Origin: Candidatus Tayloriibacteriota bacterium | GTDB taxonomy: Bacteria > Patescibacteriota > Minisyncoccia > Phycocordibacterales > PALSA-1337 | Assembly: GCA_003151615.1 (NCBI GenBank) | Contig: PLXZ01000004.1 | Location: 1 to 44,117, forward strand | Length of the DNA stretch: 44,117 bases | Direction of reading: 5' to 3' | In this document: one piece after another, positions 19,276-26,971 of the stretch | Position numbering within the stretch: the first letter of the stretch is position 1 | Layout: every line of letters begins with the position of its first letter | Program-made: the position numbers and the translations under genes | The notes under the pieces: model-generated | What the model was told of the DNA's origin: nothing | Databases searched by the model: none | What the model saw: the letters and a program-made list of their open reading frames with translations, nothing else

Positions 19276-19680
19276 GTGAAAACGGCAAAGAAAAATTATA
19301 AACAGTGGCACGTAGTCAAAGTAAAGGTAAACGACGCTGAACATGCACATGTTTACTTCAAAGAACGTGAAATTTGGTGGTGCTATTGCGGAGCAAATAT
19401 TGGTATGGAAGAGGATGGAAAAGGCGATCAGTTTAAGAGGCCGTTTCTCATCTTCAAAAAATTTAATAAACGACTCTGCTGGGCAATCCCGCTTTCGACC
19501 CAAGTCGCAAGAGGATCTTTTTTCTTTTATCTGTTGGCCGAGTCAAATATAATCCGTATGGCTATAATGCCCCAAATGCGCATGATTGATTCGAAACGAC
19601 TGATAAAAAAGACAGACATCATTTCTATGACGGAATACGGATTTATAAAAGAAAAAATCACCAAAGAATTTCTCCGGTGA
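19276..19680 (+). CDS. PemK/MazF-family toxin, no adjacent cognate protein antitoxin recognised
   Basis: FKEREIWWC..GANIGMEEDGK...RPFLI...AIPLST...QMRMIDSKRL. GTG start. Confidence 0.85.
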   Translation: MKTAKKNYKQWHVVKVKVNDAEHAHVYFKEREIWWCYCGANIGMEEDGKGDQFKRPFLIFKKFNKRLCWAIPLSTQVARGSFFFYLLAESNIIRMAIMPQMRMIDSKRLIKKTDIISMTEYGFIKEKITKEFLR

Positions 19681-19731
19681 CTTTTTCTAATATCTGAAAC
19701 AATTTTCATTGTTCCGAGCCTTGCGGCCAAT
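19647..19731 (-). ncRNA. Putative small RNA convergent with and overlapping the pemK 3' end
   Basis: Minus-strand TTGACT(19765-19760)-16nt-TAGTAT(19743-19738). Hairpins GGCC-GCAA-GGCT and GGAACAAT-GAAA-ATTGTTTC, then an 18-bp terminator stem whose G-U pairs work only on the minus strand. Confidence 0.55.
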
Positions 19732-19829
19732 ATATACATACTAGCAAAAACAAAAATATAGTCAAGTAATTTTTAGAAAATAAAATGAACATAGTTGACC
19801 GACAAAAATTTGTGACATATCATGAGGGT

Positions 19830-20072
19830 ATGAAATCGTATACGTATCGCATAATCATTAAAAAAGACGAGAAATCTTTTCACGCGTACGTTCCGGCGCT
19901 TCCCGGATGCCATAGTTTTGGCAAAACCGTGTCGGACGCGCGCAGACACATCCGTGACGCCATAAAGACGTATATTTTGAGTCTTATCGATGACAAGCAG
20001 AAAATTCCGCACGACGAAAATATGGAATCCGTTGAGACTATTTCTATTTCGCTGAAGCCGTCATATACCTAA
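19830..20072 (+). CDS. hicB: HicB family antitoxin
   Basis: AYVPALPGCHSFGKTVSDARRHIRDAI. Confidence 0.88.
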   Translation: MKSYTYRIIIKKDEKSFHAYVPALPGCHSFGKTVSDARRHIRDAIKTYILSLIDDKQKIPHDENMESVETISISLKPSYT

Positions 20073-20292
20073 ATTAAAAAGCGTCAAACCGCGCGAACTT
20101 GTTCGCATGCTTCTAAAACTTGGCTGTATCGAGAACAGACGACACAGTGGCAGTCACTTGATTATGAAGCATTCAGATGGTCGCCGAACAACTGTACCCA
20201 TTCATTCGGGACGAGACATTCCAAGAGGGACTTTGTTGGCGATTTTGCGAGATATTCGAGTTTCAAAAGATGATTTTTTGGCGAATTTATAG
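20065..20292 (+). CDS. hicA: HicA family toxin; natural start position reads ATA (possibly attenuated or a pseudogene)
   Basis: Frame from 20065 reads (I)PKLKSVKPRELVRMLLKLG...HSGSHLIMKH...TTVPIHSGRDIPRGTL. Confidence 0.8.
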   Translation: MPKLKSVKPRELVRMLLKLGCIENRRHSGSHLIMKHSDGRRTTVPIHSGRDIPRGTLLAILRDIRVSKDDFLANL

Positions 20293-20309
20293 GCACAAGA
20301 GACGGAGAA

Positions 20310-20354
20310 TACACAGACAAAAAAACCGGCATGTGCCGGTTTTTTGTCTGTGTA
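20310..20354. terminator. Long palindromic bidirectional terminator (hicA / second pilin)
   Basis: TACACAGACAAAAAAACCGGCA-TG-TGCCGGTTTTTTGTCTGTGTA. Confidence 0.8.
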
Positions 20355-20372
20355 GACTTTACAAAATTCTGA

Positions 20373-20828
20373 CTAAGGACAAATTGTTGCATTCGCTGCG
20401 AGAGCAGAGGGCTCTGACTTTGAAGAACCATTATTATCAACACACCAGTATGTACCCGATGTGCTTAATGGAGCCGCTGCAGTCCATGTATTTGCTGCGT
20501 CATTACAAGACACTACTGATCCTGATGATACTACATCATGCCCCACACTCGTAGCTCCAGAAGAAGACGCCACACCTAATAGAATTCCAGCGAGTCCTCC
20601 TGCTCCCGCGCTACCCTGACAAAGGCCTGCATAACTATTCGAGCTTGATGCGGCATAGATTTCACCCTGTGCTCGTGCGCCAGATAGACCTTCTTCCGTA
20701 GCCGCATCCTTGCCCTTCGATCGCGCCGTGCTCAAGCTCGCCAATACGATTGACGACAAAATACCGATGATTGCGATGACGACGAGAAGTTCGATAAGGG
20801 TGAAACCGGCCGCTTTCGTGTCGCGCAA
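20373..20828 (-). CDS. Second type IV pilin, inverted, no ATG start (probable silent cassette)
   Basis: G|FTLIELLVVIAIIGILSSIVLASLSTARSK identical to pilA, divergent four-Cys C-domain. Only a TTG at 20828; no in-frame ATG before the upstream stop. Confidence 0.88.
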   Translation of the reverse strand: MRDTKAAGFTLIELLVVIAIIGILSSIVLASLSTARSKGKDAATEEGLSGARAQGEIYAASSSNSYAGLCQGSAGAGGLAGILLGVASSSGATSVGHDVVSSGSVVSCNDAANTWTAAAPLSTSGTYWCVDNNGSSKSEPSALAANATICP

Positions 20829-20838
20829 TGTGTTTTTT
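20714..20838 (-). repeat. Right arm of pilin inverted repeat
   Basis: Reverse-complement match to 18637-18773; perfect 26 bp at 20813-20838. Confidence 0.92.
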
Positions 20839-20924
20839 AGGACGTGATTTGCGGTGTTATAAAAAATGGAAATACTTGTGTTTTTTGTAATAAAAATGCT
20901 ACTATTACTGTAATAAAAGGCGCC

Positions 20925-21284
20925 ATGTCAAAATCTGAAATTATCAAAAAATACGACAAAATTCTCCCGCAAAGAATAACAGTAAGAGTGGAAAAAAATC
21001 AAGACGAAAAAGGATACTGGGCAAAGATTTTGGAACTTCCTCATTGCTATACTCAAGCATCAACAATCAGCGAGTTGGCTGGTATGGTTACTGATGCAAT
21101 ACAAACTCATTTTGAAATCCCTCAATCTTACAGAAAAAATGTCGGGTATTATGTTCCCATATCTGAAAAACATTTTCAATTGGAAGAAATGTTCCGAAAA
21201 CTGGTTTCGATCGAACAAAAAGTTTCAGAAGGAAAAGAAGTTAGAGCCGTATTCCAAAGAGCTGGACAAGGAATGGCGTGTTAG
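20925..21284 (+). CDS. hicB: HicB family antitoxin
   Basis: GYWAKILELPHCYTQASTISELAGMVTDAI. Confidence 0.8.
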   Translation: MSKSEIIKKYDKILPQRITVRVEKNQDEKGYWAKILELPHCYTQASTISELAGMVTDAIQTHFEIPQSYRKNVGYYVPISEKHFQLEEMFRKLVSIEQKVSEGKEVRAVFQRAGQGMAC

Positions 21285-21305
21285 TTTAATTAATAAATCA
21301 GAAGT

Positions 21306-21566
21306 ATGGCAAGATATAGAGGAAAACCAAAGTTGGCATCTTGCTCTCCGAATGACGTCCTCCGCGCTCTTAAAAAGATAGGCGGATTCAACATTCTTGA
21401 GGGAAATAAACATATCAAAGTCGTCCATATAAAAACGGGCAAACCTTCGACGATTCCGAGGCACGAGAAAGTCAATAGACATCTTCTAAGAGATTTTGTC
21501 GATAATTATCTTATACGGGATTTGGGATATTCAGAAGAGACAGTATATGCGCACTTATGGTGTTAA
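21306..21566 (+). CDS. hicA: HicA family toxin
   Basis: DVLRALKKIGGF..EGNKHIKV...TIPRH, directly after hicB. Confidence 0.8.
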   Translation: MARYRGKPKLASCSPNDVLRALKKIGGFNILEGNKHIKVVHIKTGKPSTIPRHEKVNRHLLRDFVDNYLIRDLGYSEETVYAHLWC

Positions 21567-21601
21567 GCCTAAAAGATATCGTGATCTTACTTAATCTACA
21601 C

Positions 21602-21663
21602 AAGACGAAACCCCGCCGATAATGGCGGGGAATCTCGGTTGCCCTAAATGGGCGGCTGGAAGT
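21602..21663 (-). ncRNA. Putative small RNA convergent with hicA
   Basis: Minus-strand TTGACT(21697-21692)-16nt-TATTAT(21675-21670). Hairpins GCCC-ATTTA-GGGC and CCCCGCC-ATTATC-GGCGGGG followed by TTTC. Confidence 0.45.
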
Positions 21664-21740
21664 GAATTAATAATAGCAGATCCAAAATAGCAGTCAAGAA
21701 AATTTGTGCATAAGTTTGCATAATTTGCTACAATCACCGC

Positions 21741-23219
21741 ATGAAAGAAACTGCGGTTGCACAGCCTGCTTCAAAATACATCCCGACCATCGGCTTGGAA
21801 ATTCACGCCGAACTGGCGACGAAGTCAAAGATGTTTTGCTCGTGCAAAAATGATCCGGACGAGGAGAAGCCGAATGTGAATATTTGCCCGGTCTGCATGG
21901 GGCACCCGGGAACTTTGCCGGTGCTCAACAGGGAAGCAATACGGCATGTATTGAAGATGGGGCATGCCGTCGGCGGAACGATTGCGGACTTCACCGAATG
22001 GGACCGCAAAAACTATTTCTATCCCGACATTCCGAAGGGTTATCAAATCAGCCAATACAAACATCCACTTGTTACCGGCGGTGCGGTCGCCGGCGTTTCG
22101 ACTACTCGAATTCATTTGGAAGAGGATACGGCGCAGTCTACACATGACATCAGTGAAAAAAGCCTTGTGAATTTCAATCGTGCCGGCGTGCCGCTCATGG
22201 AGCTTGTGACCGAGCCGGTCATTCACGATGCGTTGACTGCGGGAAATTTTGCGCGCGAATTGCAGTTATTATTACAGTATCTCGGCGCCGGCGAAGCCAA
22301 CATGGAAAAAGGCGAGATGCGCGTGGAAGCAAATATTTCAGTTGCATCGCCTGAAGATACCGCTGCCGGAAAATTCGGCACGAAAACCGAAGTAAAAAAT
22401 CTGAATTCGTTCCGTTCCGTCGAACGCGCAATCGCATATGAAATCGAGCGGCAGGTAAAGCTTATAGAGGCTGGCGAAAAAATTGTCCAGGAAACGCGTG
22501 GCTGGGACGAAGGGAAGCAAAAAACGTTTTCACAGCGTGCGAAGGAAAGCTCCCATGATTACCGCTATTTTCCCGACCCTGACATTCCAAAAATGAAGAT
22601 AAGCGAAGTTCCCGAATTTGCGCCTGCCGCGCTTCAAAAAGACATGCCCGAATTGCCAGCAGCCAAGCGCGCCCGGTACGCCGGGGATTTCGGCATGACG
22701 CCGAAGGAAGTCGCCATGTTTATCGATACGCCCGAACTTTCCGCATATTTTGAAGGCCTCGATTTTAATTCGTCTTCGGAAAAAAAATTGGTGCGTCTGG
22801 CAGTCAACTATCTTTTGACGGATTATGTCGGCCTTCTCAAAAAAGATTTCGGCGAGGCCGATTGGGTCAAAAAAATCGACCGCATCAAGTTGAATCATTT
22901 TGGCGCGCTCGTTCGTCTTGCCCAATCGGGCAAAATCAATTCCCGTGGTGCAAAGGACATCCTCGCGGAACTCTATAGAAATTTCGAAAATCCGGCTGAT
23001 CCCGAAAAAATTGCGGACGAAAAAGGGCTGATCCAAAAAGACATCGACCTGAAACCGATGGTGCAGAAAATTGTCGATGAAAATCCTGCGGTTGTCGCGG
23101 ATTATAAAGCCGGCAAGCAGGCGGCGCTCCAATTTTTCATCGGGCAGGGAATGAAGGTTTCGAAGGGGAGCGCCAATCCTGAGGCCTTAAAAGCCGCATT
23201 TATAGCCGTTTTGGGTTAG
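21741..23219 (+). CDS. gatB: Asp/Glu-tRNA amidotransferase subunit B
   Basis: IGLEIHAEL, RKNYFYPDIPKGYQISQ, RIHLEED, YRYFPDPD. Confidence 0.97.
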   Translation: MKETAVAQPASKYIPTIGLEIHAELATKSKMFCSCKNDPDEEKPNVNICPVCMGHPGTLPVLNREAIRHVLKMGHAVGGTIADFTEWDRKNYFYPDIPKGYQISQYKHPLVTGGAVAGVSTTRIHLEEDTAQSTHDISEKSLVNFNRAGVPLMELVTEPVIHDALTAGNFARELQLLLQYLGAGEANMEKGEMRVEANISVASPEDTAAGKFGTKTEVKNLNSFRSVERAIAYEIERQVKLIEAGEKIVQETRGWDEGKQKTFSQRAKESSHDYRYFPDPDIPKMKISEVPEFAPAALQKDMPELPAAKRARYAGDFGMTPKEVAMFIDTPELSAYFEGLDFNSSSEKKLVRLAVNYLLTDYVGLLKKDFGEADWVKKIDRIKLNHFGALVRLAQSGKINSRGAKDILAELYRNFENPADPEKIADEKGLIQKDIDLKPMVQKIVDENPAVVADYKAGKQAALQFFIGQGMKVSKGSANPEALKAAFIAVLG

Positions 23220-23341
23220 TCTGGTGCGATTTTTTGGCTCAAAACTTGACTTTTCGCCGCGAATCTGCTAGACTATTCAGTGAGTAAGTTTTCTCAGTCG
23301 CTTACGAATTAATTTTAAAAGACGGGAAGTAAATAGAAAAA

Positions 23342-23656
23342 ATGGCAAAGAAGCTATATGTAGGAGGTATTGCATACGGAACAAGCGAAGACACGTTGAA
23401 AAACCACTTCGCACAGGCCGGTGCAGTTGAATCAGCTAGCATTATCATGGACAAGATGACGGGCCGATCAAAAGGTTTCGGATTCGTCCAGTTTGCTAAC
23501 GATGCTGACGCTGACAAAGCGATCAACCAGTTCAACGGTCAGGAGCTCGAAGGACGAAAGCTTACGGTAAACGAAGCACGTCCTATGGAACCTCGTGCAC
23601 CACGCCGCGATTTCAATCGTGGAGCTGATGCAGGCGCAGGACGAAGCAACTGGTAA
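23342..23656 (+). CDS. RRM RNA-binding protein
   Basis: RNP2 LYVGGI and RNP1 KGFGFVQF. Confidence 0.93.
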   Translation: MAKKLYVGGIAYGTSEDTLKNHFAQAGAVESASIIMDKMTGRSKGFGFVQFANDADADKAINQFNGQELEGRKLTVNEARPMEPRAPRRDFNRGADAGAGRSNW

Positions 23657-23699
23657 TACCAACCGTCTTGTAAATCGGTTCTCTTGAATCGATTTGCGC

Positions 23700-23731
23700 A
23701 AAAAAGCCCCGGCAAAAGTCAGGGCTTTTTT
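23700..23731 (+). terminator. Intrinsic terminator
   Basis: AAAAAAGCCC...GGGCTTTTTT. Confidence 0.7.
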
Positions 23732-23760
23732 GTTGTGTAAATTGTGATACAATTTTCAGT

Positions 23761-24558
23761 ATGAGTAAAATAGCAATCCTAAAGGTTATGCAGATTATTT
23801 ATATTGTCTGTATAGCTTCGTATGTCCTGCTTGTTTTAGTTGTCAAATTTAAATTAGTTCACGATTCAGAAGGAATTGGTTTATTGTGGGGAATAACATT
23901 TGGTACTTTGTTTACTGCGTCTCTTGTCGCGTATATTGGATATTCTTTTTGGTATATAAAAAAGCTTGGGAAAATTGACTGGGTCTTTTTCATTTTTTCT
24001 CTGTTACTTGTTTTATTTTGGATTGTTTCCACTTTTTTAGGTTTTAGGGATGCTATTTATCAGGCACAAGAGATAAACAAGACATTTGGAACAAGTCAAC
24101 AACCTCTTATAGGAACTTTATACGCGGATAGTTTTGATTTGCCGGTGAGTTATTTCACTTTAAAGACCATAGCTCCGATGATGAAGGAAAATGCTAACAT
24201 TCAGATCGATCCAAATATATCTGACGGCAATTTTTCTTCGCCCGCGGGTCAAGGTCAGCAGGAGACAATGTATCTCATGTCGTTTAATATATTCGCATCG
24301 GGTGATAAGATTTCAAAAGAGATTGATCAACTCGGATATCGGCCGGCAAATATAGATGAGTTTTTGGCTTTTGTGTGGAATGAGTATGAAAGTCTTAAGA
24401 ATACCCAAGTAACCAGTGATCTTTCGTCTATTAATACAATCAATGGTTTGTACGAGATTCCTGTGTTTGTTTGGGTTAACGGTGTACCTACAGTAACTCT
24501 GAGAAATCAATCAATTGTTCAGGGAAGTAATGAATATTCGTTAGTAGTAAAAAAATAG
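23761..24558 (+). CDS. Hypothetical membrane protein (3 TM + soluble domain, AT-rich)
   Basis: 265-aa ORF with hydrophobic N-terminus. Confidence 0.7.
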   Translation: MSKIAILKVMQIIYIVCIASYVLLVLVVKFKLVHDSEGIGLLWGITFGTLFTASLVAYIGYSFWYIKKLGKIDWVFFIFSLLLVLFWIVSTFLGFRDAIYQAQEINKTFGTSQQPLIGTLYADSFDLPVSYFTLKTIAPMMKENANIQIDPNISDGNFSSPAGQGQQETMYLMSFNIFASGDKISKEIDQLGYRPANIDEFLAFVWNEYESLKNTQVTSDLSSINTINGLYEIPVFVWVNGVPTVTLRNQSIVQGSNEYSLVVKK

Positions 24559-24620
24559 AGGATCGTTGATTTTTCGTTGTCCAATTTGCAGCCACCCAAA
24601 AATTTTGCTATTGTTAGCAC

Positions 24621-24944
24621 ATGAGCAAAATCCCTAATACACCCAATAGAGGTTCAGTGCGCTACATTGTCTTCAAGGAAGAAAATGAGTGGTACGCGGT
24701 CGGACTCGAATTCAACATTGTCATTGCCGCTGAAAATGCCCAGCTCGCACTTTTTGAATTGTTTGAAGCAATGAAGGGATATGTGGAATCGTTCCGGAAA
24801 CTGCGCGGGGTGCGGACACATGCGCTCAACCAGAAGGCTGATCCAGAATATGAATCATTGTGGAAATCCCTGCAGAAAAATAAACAGCCGGTTAAATCTC
24901 CCTACGAGGTTTACGCATTTGGGGAGAAAACTCTCGCGGCTTAG
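24621..24944 (+). CDS. HicB-like antitoxin
   Basis: VRYIVFKEENEWYAVGLEFNIV..AEN...LFEAMKGY, upstream of hicA. Confidence 0.65.
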   Translation: MSKIPNTPNRGSVRYIVFKEENEWYAVGLEFNIVIAAENAQLALFELFEAMKGYVESFRKLRGVRTHALNQKADPEYESLWKSLQKNKQPVKSPYEVYAFGEKTLAA

Positions 24945-24974
24945 TTTTGGCGTTTTTTAATTTCGTAACATATC

Positions 24975-25208
24975 ATGCCGAAAGGACTTCATAATTGGAA
25001 TTTTTATGCGGTTGAAAAGTTTCTTAAGAAGAATGGATTTTACCTTAATCACGTGCGCGGCAGTCATCATTATTTTGTCGCAGTCATCGGTGGAATCACG
25101 CGTCAGGTTTTAGTTGCTTTTCACGGTTCACAAAGCATTAAGCCAAAAACAATGAAAAGCATTATCGTCCAGTCCGGAATTTCGACGGAAGAATGGCTCA
25201 ACATATGA
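24975..25208 (+). CDS. hicA: HicA family toxin
   Basis: FLKKNGF...RGSHHYF...FHG..IKPKTMKSIIVQSGI. Confidence 0.85.
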   Translation: MPKGLHNWNFYAVEKFLKKNGFYLNHVRGSHHYFVAVIGGITRQVLVAFHGSQSIKPKTMKSIIVQSGISTEEWLNI

Positions 25209-26143
25209 ACACTATTATTTTATTCTACAACTATGTGCCGATTAAAGATCCAGAAGTTTTGATGCATCAACAAGGCATCTTATGCGAACAATTAAATTTG
25301 AAAGGCCGCGTCATTGTCGCGCATGAAGGCGTAAATGTTACGTTGGAAGGGAAGACTGAAGCGATTGAAAAATATTGTACTGCTCTGCTGTCCGATCCGC
25401 GTTTTGCCGATACGCACATAAAAAAGAGTGCGGGGACCGGAAAGGCTTTTCCAAAATTGTCTGTAAAAGTGCGCAAAGAAATTGTTTCTCTTGGTTTGTC
25501 GCCAAAAAATGACATTAATCCGCGCGAAGTTTCCGGAAAATATGTCAGCGCCGACGAATTCCACGAGCTTTTGAATAAGAAAGAAAAAGGCGAAGAGGAT
25601 TTTGTCATCATCGACATGCGCAATGATTATGAACATGCGTCAGGACATTTCAAAGGCTCGGTTTTACCGCCAATCCACAATTTCCGCGATTTGCCGAAAA
25701 TCTTGTCGACGCTTGAACATCTGAAGAATAAAAAAGTGGTGACGGTCTGCACTGGCGGCGTTCGATGCGAAAAAGCTTCGGGTTTTCTGGTCAAAAACGG
25801 CTTCAAGGACGTGTATCAATTGCACGGCGGCATTGTCACGTACATGGAAAAATATGAAAATATGCAGGCAGGAGTTGCACAAAGCTCCGCATCAACTTTA
25901 ACTCCTGCCAAAAATTTCCTCGGTTCGCTCTATGTTTTCGATGATCGCGTGACGATGGCTTTTGCCGAAGCAGGCGAAGGGAAACAACGCAGACCGCTCA
26001 TAGGAACATGCGAATTGTGCGCGACTTCTTCGGAAAAATACATGAATTGCGCGAATAACGACTGTCATCGTCACTTTATCGTATGCGAGAAATGCACCGC
26101 GGCCAAGTCGGCCGATAATTTATTGTGCAGTCTCTGTCGCTAG
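25205..26143 (+). CDS. trhO: Rhodanese-domain tRNA uridine-34 hydroxylase TrhO (UPF0176)
   Basis: LKGRVIVAHEGVN, IDMRNDYE, CTGGVRCEK, GSLYVFDDR, C-terminal Cys cluster. ATGA overlap with hicA stop. Confidence 0.85.
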   Translation: MNTIILFYNYVPIKDPEVLMHQQGILCEQLNLKGRVIVAHEGVNVTLEGKTEAIEKYCTALLSDPRFADTHIKKSAGTGKAFPKLSVKVRKEIVSLGLSPKNDINPREVSGKYVSADEFHELLNKKEKGEEDFVIIDMRNDYEHASGHFKGSVLPPIHNFRDLPKILSTLEHLKNKKVVTVCTGGVRCEKASGFLVKNGFKDVYQLHGGIVTYMEKYENMQAGVAQSSASTLTPAKNFLGSLYVFDDRVTMAFAEAGEGKQRRPLIGTCELCATSSEKYMNCANNDCHRHFIVCEKCTAAKSADNLLCSLCR

Positions 26144-26155
26144 AAAATTCCGAAA

Positions 26156-26920
26156 TCAATCCGCATCATTCCACCATTCGGAATTCGGGCCTTTTTTGAT
26201 AATATCGATAATCTGGCTGACATCGTCGCTGACGGTATAAATGTGCATGTCGCCCTTGCTTATGGATGCGTGATTCTCAAACAAGTTCGTTCGGATGAAA
26301 TTAGTCAGTGGTTTCCAAAAATCCGATCCGACCAAAATGACCGGTACGCGCGGAATCTTGTGCGTTTGGATCATAGTGAGTATGCCGAAAAGTTCGTCAA
26401 ATGTTCCGAAGCCGCCGGGGAAGAAAACGTAGGCCTTGTCGGCGAACGCGAGCATGGCTTTGCGTGCGAAGAAATGATTGAAGCACATTGAATCGTCGAC
26501 ATATTTATTGACATGCTGTTCGCGGGGAAGACCGATCGAAAGGCCGATTGTTTTCGGGCTGTTTTTGACGCTTCCAATTGGGGCCGGGTTATCCCGTTCA
26601 ATGCGCACGCCTTTGTTCGCGGCTTCCATGATTCCGGGCCCGGCACCCGTCACTACGACGAGATTGAGTTCGGCTGAAATTTTTGCGGCCAGTTCCTCCG
26701 CGGCTTTATAATGAAGGCTTTCCGGCAAGGCACGGGCGGATCCGAAGATAGTCACGCGATGGGGATATTTTTCCAGGAACTCGAAACCTTCGCGGAACTC
26801 GCGCGCCGCGGCGTCCGATTGGGTTAGTATATTTTTTTCTATTTCTTCCTTCGTCGTTATCGGAACATGAAGGTTCGCTGTTTCTTCGACGGGAATCTTT
26901 TTGTCTGTCTTCTTGCTCAT
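26156..26920 (-). CDS. LOG family protein (TIGR00730)
   Basis: IFGSAR, TGAGPGIMEAAN, FPGGFGTFDE. Confidence 0.92.
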   Translation of the reverse strand: MSKKTDKKIPVEETANLHVPITTKEEIEKNILTQSDAAAREFREGFEFLEKYPHRVTIFGSARALPESLHYKAAEELAAKISAELNLVVVTGAGPGIMEAANKGVRIERDNPAPIGSVKNSPKTIGLSIGLPREQHVNKYVDDSMCFNHFFARKAMLAFADKAYVFFPGGFGTFDELFGILTMIQTHKIPRVPVILVGSDFWKPLTNFIRTNLFENHASISKGDMHIYTVSDDVSQIIDIIKKGPNSEWWNDAD

Positions 26921-26971
26921 AATGAGCTAGTATATCATACTAGCGATATCACTTTAAAACGCCTTAAGCAT

